In this document: one piece after another, positions 28,913 through 38,182 of the stretch
How the letters are laid out: each line of letters opens with the position of its first letter
Numbering within the stretch: the first letter of the stretch is position 1
Notes under the pieces: generated by a model
What the model was told of the DNA's origin: nothing
Seen by the model: the letters and a program-made list of their open reading frames with translations, nothing else
Database searches by the model: none
Origin: an uncultured Anaerolineales bacterium
GTDB lineage: Bacteria; Planctomycetota; Phycisphaerae; FEN-1346
DNA: 64,000 nucleotides
Reading direction: 5' to 3'
Assembly (NCBI GenBank): GCA_964449275.1
Contig: CAYVAM010000001.1
Location: 585 to 64,584 of the forward strand
Made by a program: the position numbers and the translations under genes

Positions 28913-28951
28913 CGCCGTCTCGGCCGTCGCCGTGCCGGCGACGGGGTCCGA

Positions 28952-29010
28952 ACGTTGCGCGGTGGGCAGTCTTGCCCACCGCGCGGCAGGCAGGACTACC
29001 CGCCGCGCGA
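28952..29010. repeat. REP-like palindromes (acgttGCGCGGTGGGcagtcttgCCCACCGCGC plus a second partial palindrome)
   Basis: Same family as at 2966, 22163 and 47271 (core cgtt.gc.gg.ggg...ccc.ccgcg). Confidence 0.7.
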
Positions 29011-29152
29011 GGGGGGCGCCTGCATCATCCGCCCAGTACCCACACGAGACGTGGTGAATTGGACGTGAAAAGTGCCGCGAGCGGCAGATTGTTACGGATG
29101 TGGACACCGGCCCTACGGCGCCTGGCAGCATGTGGCCGCAACGCGCCGCATA

Positions 29153-29192
29153 AGCGGACGTTTGGGGACGCCCCGGCCCCAAACGTTCCGCT
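29153..29192 (-). terminator. Terminator-like hairpin (15-bp stem) just 3' of the low-GC island operon
   Basis: The stem reads AGCGGACGTTTGGGG-acgccccggc-CCCCAAACGTTCCGCT. It ends 21 nt before the stop of the 29213 gene. Confidence 0.45.
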
Positions 29193-29212
29193 TGATGCGG
29201 ATGTTAGCACCT

Positions 29213-29740
29213 CTACTGCCGGTTGAACTCTCGCAACTCCCATTGTGCCACGGAAATCTGCCCCCCCGAAGCTTCTTCTGCGGCTCTGACGAGCATCCTG
29301 TACTCTTCTATGTCATCCATGTCCGTCCAGTTGATCTTTTGGGCACAACGGAGCTTCTTTATGATCGTCCTGTCAAAGGGACAATGCGGTGGTTCGGGAA
29401 ACCCACCCCAGCACCAGAGATACTTGAGGTAGAGATTGAGAATCTTCTGCGCAACGCCCAAGCGAAGCCTCCCGTTGGCCAGTAGATCGCCGTAGTGGTC
29501 TGACGCCCATGCTGCGAGCTCGGCGATTTCCTGAGTGTGCTCGGCGGAACTGACATCGCCTTGAGCGTACTTCGACCGAACGAGTTCCCGTACTCTTCGC
29601 TTGATCGCTTCGCGGAACTTGCCCTTTGAGGCATCGGACGCTTTGGCGTTGTATACAGATGCCCGCTGGAACGCTCCCCCGAAAGTGAGAATCCAGATTT
29701 CGTTCTCAAGGTAGGCGTGCTTCGCAGACTCGATGTCCAT
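29213..29740 (-). CDS. Hypothetical protein (175 aa) encoded in the low-GC island; possible Cys/His cluster (CWGGFPEPPHCPFDRTIIKKLRC)
   Basis: Complete ORF in DNA that is about 50-55% GC, against about 69% in the flanks. It lies 35 bp downstream of the PD-(D/E)xK gene on the same strand. No family was recognised. Confidence 0.55.
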   Translation of the reverse strand: MDIESAKHAYLENEIWILTFGGAFQRASVYNAKASDASKGKFREAIKRRVRELVRSKYAQGDVSSAEHTQEIAELAAWASDHYGDLLANGRLRLGVAQKILNLYLKYLWCWGGFPEPPHCPFDRTIIKKLRCAQKINWTDMDDIEEYRMLVRAAEEASGGQISVAQWELREFNRQ

Positions 29741-29774
29741 TCAGATCTTATCTCCCGTGCTAACGACTTGGCGA

Positions 29775-30425
29775 TTAGCGGCGGCGCAAAGCGCCGTCCT
29801 GCTGCATCGCCTTGTTAGCGAGCCCCCTCTGATTCTCTGCCGCTTCTTCAACGGCTTGTTTGAGCCTGGAGAAGTTAACCGGTTCCCCGGACAGCTTCCT
29901 CAGTGATGGCAGTGTGATCGAGTGCTGACTTCGTTTTCGGTTGTCGAGTGCCGTTGTTGGTAAGACAAAAAACTCCCATTGAGCTACGTTCAATGGATCG
30001 AGAGTGTTCTGATCGGTGTGTGCGAGTAGCGCGAAGACATACACGTCCGCCTGTCGTCGGGTATCCTCGCCCTGCCGGTTAGTGTCCCTGTCCCAAGTGC
30101 GGGTCTTCGGCACGCGAAAGGAGATTCGCGAGAGTCGGTCTTGATGCCAGCTCTGAATGTAGGCCGCGGACTTAACCTCAACGCGTGTGCCATCGGATGC
30201 CTTCAGGTCGTATGCGGCCCACTCCTCGCGGACGCTGTCTCCGGCAACGCCGAGGGCTTGGGCAACAAGGTACTCCGCGAGCACCCCCCGAGTCGCATTG
30301 CTCACGACATCTGAAGAACTCCATTGCCAGAAGCTCAGCAAGTCGAAGAGCAACCTCCGGCCCTCAACGTGAAACGGCTCGTGTCCCTCGCGCCGTTTCA
30401 GCTCGATCGGTCCAAGTTCGTTCAT
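29775..30425 (-). CDS. PD-(D/E)xK nuclease-like protein (about 216 aa) in the low-GC island
   Basis: A helix carrying E (GVLAEYLVAQAL) is followed by a D...EVK core (YDLKASDGTRVEVKSAAY), typical of restriction-endonuclease-like folds. The start is uncertain. The track ORF extends to 30548. Confidence 0.5.
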   Translation of the reverse strand: MNELGPIELKRREGHEPFHVEGRRLLFDLLSFWQWSSSDVVSNATRGVLAEYLVAQALGVAGDSVREEWAAYDLKASDGTRVEVKSAAYIQSWHQDRLSRISFRVPKTRTWDRDTNRQGEDTRRQADVYVFALLAHTDQNTLDPLNVAQWEFFVLPTTALDNRKRSQHSITLPSLRKLSGEPVNFSRLKQAVEEAAENQRGLANKAMQQDGALRRR

Positions 30426-30750
30426 CCGGTTCACCGTTGGTGTCCTGCGACTGGCTAACAGTGAGTATACAGACTGCATAAGATCTCGCCACGCCTCACA
30501 ACGTGTCCGGCGGGCTCTTGACGCCATGCCCGCCACGGTTGAGCACATAGGTCTGGACCTTCGGTCACGCCCCGATCGGACGTTCCCACGTTGTCAGGCG
30601 CTTGCCGTAGTGCTGACACTCCCGCCGACGCACGATCCGGCCACCTGATGCCCAGCGTGTATAGATTACCAGGAAGTCTCTGCATCCGCAAGCGCCGGAT
30701 TCCACGCCCTTCTGGTCGGGTGTGACCACGGAAGATGGCAGGTCTGCTGA

Positions 30751-30990
30751 GGCCCATTTTATGGGCCTTTGCCCGCCGCAGGCGGGTGTAGCCCCGGCCC
30801 TCTGGGCCGGGGCCGTCAAGCGGCCTGCGTTTCCTCTTCTTGTCTTCTCTCCCGCGGTGGCCCGCCTGAGGCGGGCCACCGCGGGAGAGAAGAAGATGGT
30901 CTCTCGCCCCGAAAAGCCGGGGCCAAAGGCCCCGGCCTATACGCCGCTTCGCGGCGGCAAGGCGGCTGGAAGCCGCCTCAAACCAGTAAC
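30751..30990. other. Dense cluster of at least 7 consecutive GC-rich stem-loops, including a perfect 24-bp-stem hairpin (30844-30894)
   Basis: Hairpins: ggcccattttatgggcc; gcccgccgcaggcgggt; gccccggccctctgggccggggc; TCTTCTCTCCCGCGGTGGCCCGCC-tga-GGCGGGCCACCGCGGGAGAGAAGA; ccggggccaaaggccccgg; ggcggctggaagccgcc. Confidence 0.7.
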
Positions 30991-31136
30991 GGCAAACCGC
31001 TGCCAGAAAAATGGTCACGTCCTTCTGCTCCTTCTCCTTGGCCTGCGGCTTGCGACCCTCCGGCCGAAGAGCGAGAGGCAGCGGGGGTTGCCCATCGGCA
31101 CAACCATCCGGTACAATACGCCCCGGGAGGTGACCT

Positions 31137-33371
31137 ATGCGCACTGTAGGGCTGGTCTGCAGCGTCGTTCTTGCTGCCGCGTCACCGATGGCCGCCGAGT
31201 GGACCGCCGGCGCCGACGGTGCGCCGGAAAAGGTCCCGTACGTGCGGCCGAAGGCCGAGTGGGACCGCTTCCTCATCCTCGTCTGGCAATACAAGACCAG
31301 CGCCCCGGAGGACCTGGCGCTGTACCGCGAAGGGGGCTTTCGCGGCTTTCACATCGACCGCGGCGCCGGGCGGGCGGACCGCGTCAAGTTCGCCGCTCGC
31401 GAGAAGATGCCGTACTACAACGACCACGCCGCCGACAAAGGGTACCTCCATCTGACGGACCGCACCGGCGTGCGCAGCGTCATGCGTAAGCGTAACCTTA
31501 TCCCCCGGCCGCACAGCCTGGCCGACCCCAAGACGATGGACCTGATGAAGGGGCACTTGGCGCGCAACGTCACGGTCACGAAGGAGGGCCCGGTCGTCGC
31601 GTACGCCTTCGACGATGAGGTCAGCCTGGGCTGCTTCAACTCGCCGGCCGAGGTGGACGCTTCACCCCTATCCGTCGCGGCTTACCGCAAGTGGCTCGCC
31701 AAGACCTACGGCGGCATCGAGAAACTCAACGCCACGTGGGGCACGGCGCAGCGGGACTTCGCCGAAGCGAAACCCGTCTCGTTCGAGGACGTCCGCCGCG
31801 CCCACACCAGGCCTCCCTTCGCCAAGTGGAACCTGGCGCGCTGGATGGATTGGCGAACCTACATGGATACACAGTTCGCCGACTGTCTGGCGGAACTCGC
31901 GCGGTACACGGGCTCGCTCGACCCGGCCACGCCGGCGGGCTTCGTGGGCGGCCAGCAGCCGTCCGTCTACGGCGGGTACGATTACGCCAAGATCGCGCGG
32001 GCCGTCCAGTTCATCGAGGCGTACGACATCGGCGGCACGTGCGAGATCCTGCGGTCGCTATGGCGGTGGCCCGAGCGGCGGCCGTACGTCCAGACGTGGT
32101 TCTCGAAGGGCGACGCGCGGCTCGATGCGTGGTTCCTGTGGTACTACCTCGTGCACGGCAACCGCGGCGTCATCGCCTGGCCGGACCGCGGCGGGTCGTG
32201 GTTCCACTGGAAGGGCGGCGGCCTGGCGCCGTTCATCAAAGACAACATCGAGACCATCCGCGAAGTGCAGAGCGATGTCTCGCGGCCTATCCTCGACCCC
32301 GACGCCCGTTTCGACGCCGACCCCATCGCCGTCTTCTACTCGCACCCCAGCATCCAGGCATCGTGGGCGATGGACGCCGTCACCCACGGCGGCACGTGGC
32401 CGAACCGCTCGAGCAGCCTCGACAACTCGTCCCAGACCCTCGGCCGCAACCGCGTCGCATGGTTCAAGATACTCGAGGATTGCGGATACCAGTACAACGT
32501 GGTCGCGGGCGAGGATGTGGCGGCGGGGGCGCTTGTGAAGGACAAGTACCGCGTCCTCATCCTGAACCGGGCCGTGTGCCTGTCGGACGGTGAGGCGGCC
32601 GCCATCCGGCGGTTCGTCGAGGCCGGCGGCGCCGTCATCGCCGACCACCTGACGGGCATCCTGACGGAGCACGGCGTCGGACGGCCCAAGGGCGCGCTCG
32701 ACGACCTCTTCGGCATCACGCGCGACGAGTCGAAAGGCTACCTCGACGGCAAGTCCATCACCGAGGTCGACGGCGAGAAGTACGGCAAGCCGCTGCTTCA
32801 GCGGTTGACGTACAGCGGCGCTCTGCGGCAGGAGGGGATTGTGGTCTATGAGCGCGGCACACAGACCGACGGGAAGGAGGACGCCAAGGCGAGCGCGCGC
32901 GTCAAGGGCGCCGACGTCCTCATCAGAAAACAAACCGGCCGCGGGCGGACCGTCTATCTGAACCTGACGCCGGTGGCGTACAACGATCTCGGCTCGCGCC
33001 TGGGCGCCTTCGGCGATGCGTGGCGGGAGATCGTCTCGGGGCTGCTCGCCGAGGCCGGCCTTGCCCCTCGCGCCCGTGTCCTGGCGGGCGGCAAACCCGT
33101 GCCGATGGCCGAGACGCTCTTCTGGCGCAAGGGCAACCGCGTGGTCATCGCCCTCGTCAAGAACCCGCCGCGCGAGGCCGCCGTCTCCCACGCCGGCCGC
33201 ATCGACGGCGCCTTCGGGCGGGAAGGGCCGGTGGAGATTGCGCTGTCGCGGCCGGTCACGGCCGTCCGCAACATCCGCAGCGGCGAGATGCTGCCCGACG
33301 GCCAGGCGCTCAAGGCCTCCTGGAAACCGTGGGAAGCGCTGCTCTTCGAGGTGACCTGGCCCCAGCCGTAG
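31137..33371 (+). CDS. GH42-like glycoside hydrolase family protein (beta-galactosidase-like, with a trimerisation-type domain)
   Basis: Signal peptide. A GH42-type AAYRKWLAKTYGGIEKLNATWGT motif. A central YRVLILNRAV...FVEAGGAVIADHLTG block resembles the GH42 GATase-like trimerisation domain. GGGAGG RBS is present. Confidence 0.5.
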   Translation: MRTVGLVCSVVLAAASPMAAEWTAGADGAPEKVPYVRPKAEWDRFLILVWQYKTSAPEDLALYREGGFRGFHIDRGAGRADRVKFAAREKMPYYNDHAADKGYLHLTDRTGVRSVMRKRNLIPRPHSLADPKTMDLMKGHLARNVTVTKEGPVVAYAFDDEVSLGCFNSPAEVDASPLSVAAYRKWLAKTYGGIEKLNATWGTAQRDFAEAKPVSFEDVRRAHTRPPFAKWNLARWMDWRTYMDTQFADCLAELARYTGSLDPATPAGFVGGQQPSVYGGYDYAKIARAVQFIEAYDIGGTCEILRSLWRWPERRPYVQTWFSKGDARLDAWFLWYYLVHGNRGVIAWPDRGGSWFHWKGGGLAPFIKDNIETIREVQSDVSRPILDPDARFDADPIAVFYSHPSIQASWAMDAVTHGGTWPNRSSSLDNSSQTLGRNRVAWFKILEDCGYQYNVVAGEDVAAGALVKDKYRVLILNRAVCLSDGEAAAIRRFVEAGGAVIADHLTGILTEHGVGRPKGALDDLFGITRDESKGYLDGKSITEVDGEKYGKPLLQRLTYSGALRQEGIVVYERGTQTDGKEDAKASARVKGADVLIRKQTGRGRTVYLNLTPVAYNDLGSRLGAFGDAWREIVSGLLAEAGLAPRARVLAGGKPVPMAETLFWRKGNRVVIALVKNPPREAAVSHAGRIDGAFGREGPVEIALSRPVTAVRNIRSGEMLPDGQALKASWKPWEALLFEVTWPQP

Positions 33372-33671
33372 GGGCGAGGCATGCACGTATTTAGCGCCGG
33401 GTGGCATGGCCACGCCCGCCACGGCGGGTAAACTTGCGTGGCCATGAGCATCAATGCGCGAAAGGTCCACCATGGCCACGCAAGCGTGGCCATGCCACCC
33501 CCGATAAACGGGCTGTGTCGCCAAAGACGTGTCGAGGCATGCCTCGCCCGGACGTTTTCTTGGGCAAGAGACAGGGCGCGCCCCTCCGACGCGCCCCGGT
33601 CGGTTCGACATAATAGACCGGCCCCGGCACCCCCCATGAGGCACCGGGGCGGCCCAAACACTGCGGGTGTC

Positions 33672-34541
33672 CTACGACTTTCGTATCTCGCGCCGCCGCG
33701 CGACGTACGTCAGAAGCGACCCGACGAGCAGCATGCCGAGCGTGGCGGGTTCCGGGATATGCGGCGAATCTACGCCCTTGACGCGAATCACGTCGTTGCC
33801 GCAGCCCCACGTAATCTTGGTGGTCAGTTCGGTCGGCTCACCGAATCCCAGAACGCTCGTGTCGAACGTGTACTGGATGAGGAACGTGCCGTCCTCCTTC
33901 CCGCCGTAATCGAACGAATCGGTGTCGATGGTCGCGGCGCCGATGAGTTGGCCGGCGTCGATCGATCCGCTCACGGCCCAGGGCTCGGCGATCTTCGGGA
34001 CGGTCGCGTCCGGCCCGTAGTCGTTCTCGACGACCGCCGTGTGGCCGTAGTAACTGCGGGGCAGGTCCTGGAGTCCCTCAAGGTCGGCGTCGCCGTTGAT
34101 GCGATAGATGTTGCCGGCCGGCAAGCCCTGGCCGCCGCTGTGGGTGACGATGGCGAACTGCCGGCCGCCCGCGTGGATCATCAGGTCGCCCAGGCGCCAC
34201 GTGCTGCCGACGGCATCGACCGACGGGCCGTTGCTGGCAACCAACAGGATCTGTGTCCGGCTCTGCGTGGCGCGGGCATACATCTCTTCGAGGTCGAACC
34301 TCTCGCCCGTCGCCCCGCCGGGGCTGGGCTGGTGGCCCACGCCGCCCGGATAGTTGATGGGCGAGTAGTCGTTCTCGATGGTCAGCCAGAGGGTGCCGTC
34401 GAACGTGTCGGACAGGTTGGGCCGGCTGAAGGGCGTGATGCCCCAGTCCGGGACGTTGCCGAGCCCGTCCACGAGACCGCCGAACGCCGCGCTCGCCAGT
34501 AACAGATGAACCACGGCCGCAACAAAGAGATTCCTCCGCAT
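33672..34541 (-). CDS. PEP-CTERM domain secreted protein
   Basis: Signal peptide (MRRNLFVAAVVHLLLASAAFG). C-terminus reads PEPATLGMLLVGSLLTYVARRR. AAGGAGG RBS lies before the trimmed start. Confidence 0.7.
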   Translation of the reverse strand: MRRNLFVAAVVHLLLASAAFGGLVDGLGNVPDWGITPFSRPNLSDTFDGTLWLTIENDYSPINYPGGVGHQPSPGGATGERFDLEEMYARATQSRTQILLVASNGPSVDAVGSTWRLGDLMIHAGGRQFAIVTHSGGQGLPAGNIYRINGDADLEGLQDLPRSYYGHTAVVENDYGPDATVPKIAEPWAVSGSIDAGQLIGAATIDTDSFDYGGKEDGTFLIQYTFDTSVLGFGEPTELTTKITWGCGNDVIRVKGVDSPHIPEPATLGMLLVGSLLTYVARRREIRKS

Positions 34542-34742
34542 ATAGTCCTCCTTGGCAAAACACTTCCGCTTTTGGTCCACGTGAACGGCTTTGCCGCGTA
34601 GGGGAAAGGGTCGCCGCCGGGTGCGCCATTGCGGCGCCACCGATAACGTATGCGTAAAGGGCGTTGGGTCAAACGGCCCCGCGCAGCGGCAGCCGAGGGC
34701 GGGCCGTCTGACGGGTGTCCGGGATACCGCGGCGGGGGCAGA

Positions 34743-34777
34743 GAACGGCGATTTCCGGGCCAGGAACGGCGATTTCC
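34743..34777. promoter_or_regulatory. Tandem direct repeat GAACGGCGATTTCC x2 (21-bp period), about 200 bp upstream of the PEP-CTERM gene
   Basis: Exact 14-bp repeats at 34743-34756 and 34764-34777. The spacing of two helical turns suggests a response-regulator-type binding site. Confidence 0.3.
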
Positions 34778-35191
34778 AGCGCTTCGCCGATGGCGGCGGA
34801 GGGCTTCCCCGCAGGAGGCTAGCGGGCCGAAAAACCCCTCGGATTCCTGCGCACCGCGGCCGGAAAACGCGCGAAAAACTGCGCTCTTCCGAACGAGCCG
34901 AGCGGCCGTCGTGATGCCCCGCTCGTCATCTTGGTGCGGCTGTTCGCCGAGCGGTTAAACGCAATTGGGCCACGCGCGGGACGCAGAAACGGACCGCCGT
35001 GGTCGGGGAAGGTTTGACGACGCTCGCCTGCGGCGATAGGGTATCCGCAGGTCGAGAACCCCGGGGCGGAGGCACGCACGTGGCGGGCAAGCGAGTGACG
35101 CCACATCCAAGAACCAAGCGCGACATTCGCCAATTAGCCGCACGCGTATGCAAGCGGCTGTCACCCCTGTGATAGAAAAGGCAGGTGCCCG

Positions 35192-36391
35192 ATGAAAGCG
35201 TCTTTCTCGCTTGTGTTGCTAGGAGTTCTGTGCGTCATGGCCCACGCCAAATCCAACCATCCGCACCAGAGCGAAGAGGCGGCGCGGAAACAACTGGCGG
35301 CCTTCGCCAAGACGTATCACACGCGCCAGCAGTGGGAAGCCCGCGCCAAACGCAACCGCCAGGGAATCCTGAAAGGCGCGAACCTCGTGCCGCTGCCCGA
35401 ACGCTGTCCCCTCAAGCCCATCATCCGCGGCCGCCAAGAACGCAAGGGGTATGCCGTCGAGAACGTGGCCATCGAGAGCCTGCCCGGGTTCTTCTGCACG
35501 GGGAACCTGTACCGGCCGGCGAAGAAACTCAAATCGTACGCCGCCGTCCTGTGCCCACACGGTCACGCACGCGATGGGCGGAAGGGCGTCAAGGACTCGC
35601 TGGCTCGCGGCGGCCGGTTCCGGCCGGACCAGCAGGCCCGCTGCGCCACGCTCGCACGCATGGGGGCCGTCGTCTTCTCGTACGATATGGTCGGGTGGGG
35701 AGAATCGACACAGGTCACCCACTCCGACCCGAACGTCCTGACGCTGCAACTGTGGAACAGCATGCGGGTCCTCGATTTCCTCCTCTCGCTCGACGGAGTG
35801 GACCCGGAGCGCATCGGATGCACGGGCTGCTCCGGCGGCGGGACGCAGACGTTCATGCTCACGGCCGTCGACGACCGCGTGAAGGTCAGTGTGCCGGTCG
35901 TCATGGTCAGCGCGCACTTCTTCGGCGGATGCCAGTGCGAGAGCGGCCTGCCCATCCATAAGAGCGAGACGCACGAGACGAACAACTGCGAGATGGCCGC
36001 CATGGCCGCCCCGCGGCCGATGCTCGTGGTCTCCGACGGCAAGGACTGGACCAAGAACCTGCCCGGCGTCGAGTTCCCCTACATCTGGAACGTGTACCGC
36101 CTGTTCGGCAAACAGACGCTCGTCGAGAACGCCCACCTGCCGCACGAGGGTCACGGCTACGAGTACCCGAAGCGGCTGCCGATGTACTCTTTTCTGGCGC
36201 GGCACCTGAAACTGGACCTGAAGGCGGTCGAACTTCCCGGCGGCGGCGTGGACGAGTCGGATACGGTTGTGGAGGATCGCGACTCGCTCTGCGTCTTCAC
36301 CGACGAGCACCCGCGCCCGAAAGACGCGCTCACCGGCACCGAAGCCGTCGCCAAATCGCTCGCCGACGCGAAGAAGGCGGCGGGGAAGTAG
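35192..36391 (+). CDS. Alpha/beta hydrolase (acetyl-xylan-esterase / dienelactone-hydrolase-like)
   Basis: Signal peptide. Nucleophile elbow GCSGGG. Length and pattern fit AXE1/DLH-type esterases. Confidence 0.6.
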   Translation: MKASFSLVLLGVLCVMAHAKSNHPHQSEEAARKQLAAFAKTYHTRQQWEARAKRNRQGILKGANLVPLPERCPLKPIIRGRQERKGYAVENVAIESLPGFFCTGNLYRPAKKLKSYAAVLCPHGHARDGRKGVKDSLARGGRFRPDQQARCATLARMGAVVFSYDMVGWGESTQVTHSDPNVLTLQLWNSMRVLDFLLSLDGVDPERIGCTGCSGGGTQTFMLTAVDDRVKVSVPVVMVSAHFFGGCQCESGLPIHKSETHETNNCEMAAMAAPRPMLVVSDGKDWTKNLPGVEFPYIWNVYRLFGKQTLVENAHLPHEGHGYEYPKRLPMYSFLARHLKLDLKAVELPGGGVDESDTVVEDRDSLCVFTDEHPRPKDALTGTEAVAKSLADAKKAAGK

Positions 36392-36407
36392 ATGTTCCGC
36401 ACACCCA

Positions 36408-37373
36408 TCATGGAAGTCGAACGGGACGCTCGATCAGCATCGGGCCGTCTTCTGTTTCCATGACCCGCGGCTCTCTACTGCAACTTGCCCTGGTGAAGAG
36501 CAGGACGAGGACTACGCAGACGGTGGCGGCGATGCCGGCGGTGACCATGCTCCATCGGATGGCCCGTTTCAGCATAACGGCCGATTTGGCCTGCGCCAGC
36601 CGCCGGCACGCGATGATAAGGATCACCATCGAGGCGACGTAAACGAACGGCGCGGTCAGTGTGGCCGACAAAAACAGGAGGATGAACAGCCGCTTGGCCC
36701 ACCGAAACAGCCCTTCGCCAGGGTCCGACGTTTCGGCGGTTTCTTCCGGGGGCTCATCTTCCTCCTGCTTCTCTTCCATCTTCCGGCGCTCTGCAAGGAC
36801 AGCCCAGGCATCCTCAAGCCGCCCGTTCGGCACCAAGATGCGAATGCCTCGTGGATGCATGGCGAACTGCATGTGCCAGTACCACCCGGCCGTCGCGCCG
36901 CCTTCTACCCAGGCGGGGATGCCAGCGCCGCGGAGGACGCTGGCGATAACTTCTGCCCGCTCCAGTCCGTAGGCTGTGGCCGCGATGGCCAGACCACCAT
37001 CTTGATAGGCCTCGGGATCGGTCGGCAGGCCCAGTTGCTTGGCCCGCTCCTCAACGCGTCGGCTGTAATCCCCGTCGGTACGCCTTTGGCCGAAGGCTCC
37101 GACGGCGCGGACACCAAGCCAAAGTCCGGCGACCGAGACGGAGAGACCTATTGCCGCGACGCCCACGCGCGCAAACGCCGCCCCCGGCGCCCCTACAGCC
37201 GTAACAAGCACCCAAATGCCCACGCTCGTCAAGACCGCCGCCGCGATGCCCAGCCCCATTCGGAGCGGAATGCCCGGCCGAGATGCGCCTTCGGCAGTTG
37301 CAGTGGTCTTGCAACCGTTGGCCGGTTGCTCGGTCTGACCGTCCGTTCCCGCCCGTTCGATGTCGTCCGGCAT
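36408..37373 (-). CDS. Membrane protein with a DUF2007-like domain
   Basis: The DUF2007-like block reads AEVIASVLRGAGIPAWVEG...IRILVPNGRLEDAWAVLAE. TM helices flank it. The track's 664-aa ORF (36408..38402) is split because its 5' two-thirds is the alternate frame of the rhomboid gene. Confidence 0.5.
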   Translation of the reverse strand: MPDDIERAGTDGQTEQPANGCKTTATAEGASRPGIPLRMGLGIAAAVLTSVGIWVLVTAVGAPGAAFARVGVAAIGLSVSVAGLWLGVRAVGAFGQRRTDGDYSRRVEERAKQLGLPTDPEAYQDGGLAIAATAYGLERAEVIASVLRGAGIPAWVEGGATAGWYWHMQFAMHPRGIRILVPNGRLEDAWAVLAERRKMEEKQEEDEPPEETAETSDPGEGLFRWAKRLFILLFLSATLTAPFVYVASMVILIIACRRLAQAKSAVMLKRAIRWSMVTAGIAATVCVVLVLLFTRASCSREPRVMETEDGPMLIERPVRLP

Positions 37374-37462
37374 GAGCCCGTCCCCCCATGCGTGAAGGGC
37401 TGTGCCGGCACCATGGTACCCGGATGTGTCCGGCGTGGCCACGGCATTCGACCGCCGGTGGT

Positions 37463-38182
37463 TTAGGCCTGATGGAGGAGGGCGTGTTGTGACCGGCGCG
37501 TTTCGGGCGGCCGTTTCCGGGGCCGCGCCGCACCCGCCAGACCGAAGACGTGGAGCAGAGACATCTCGCCTTTGTACAGGGTCACCCACCCGCAGCGCAC
37601 CAGGACGATGCCGAGCCCGACGCCCGAGAGCAGCCCGGCCACGTGGGCGCCGTAACCGATGCGGCCCGCGCCGGTCACCAGGCCGTGCACGTCGAAGGCG
37701 AACCACAGGCCGATCAGAAAGAGCGAAGGAACGTACAAGACGCACCCGAAGACGTACGCGATGGTGGTGAGCAGCCTGACCCGGCTCAGGGGAAACAGAA
37801 CCACAAAGAGGCCGATGACACCGTTGACGGCAGAACTGGCGCCGACGGACCGATGCCCCGCTTCGGGCATGGCGATCAGGCCGGCCACGATCCCCAGGCC
37901 GGCGTAGAGCAGCGGGTACCACAAGTTGCCGACCCGCGAGCACACCGCGTTGCCGAAGACCCACAAGAACAGCATGTTGCCGGCCAGGTGCCAGAAGTCG
38001 GCGTGCATCCAGATGCGGCCGATAAGGCCCGACAACGACCCGTGCGTATAGATGAACGGGTGGTACTCGTACTCGAACGCCGGTCCGGTCCACAAGTACA
38101 CGATGACCGTCAGGGCGATGAGAAACGAGTTCGCGTACGGCAGCGTCCGCATCCGCACGTCGGTTGTCAGCGGAAGCATCAT
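37463..38182 (-). CDS. Rhomboid family intramembrane serine protease
   Basis: Rhomboid motifs: HLAGNMLFLWVFG, GASSAVNGVIG (catalytic Ser), AHVAGLLSG (His). Six TM segments. Confidence 0.8.
   Translation of the reverse strand: MMLPLTTDVRMRTLPYANSFLIALTVIVYLWTGPAFEYEYHPFIYTHGSLSGLIGRIWMHADFWHLAGNMLFLWVFGNAVCSRVGNLWYPLLYAGLGIVAGLIAMPEAGHRSVGASSAVNGVIGLFVVLFPLSRVRLLTTIAYVFGCVLYVPSLFLIGLWFAFDVHGLVTGAGRIGYGAHVAGLLSGVGLGIVLVRCGWVTLYKGEMSLLHVFGLAGAARPRKRPPETRRSQHALLHQA

Noticed and set aside
33372-33671. Possible ncRNA or MITE in the palindrome-rich convergent intergenic region (GGGCGAGGCATGC … GCATGCCTCGCCC; GGCCACGC-aagc-GTGGCC)
   Set aside because: It lies between two convergently transcribed genes where bidirectional terminator hairpins are expected. 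There are no repeats of it elsewhere in the window, so I could not separate it from ordinary terminators.
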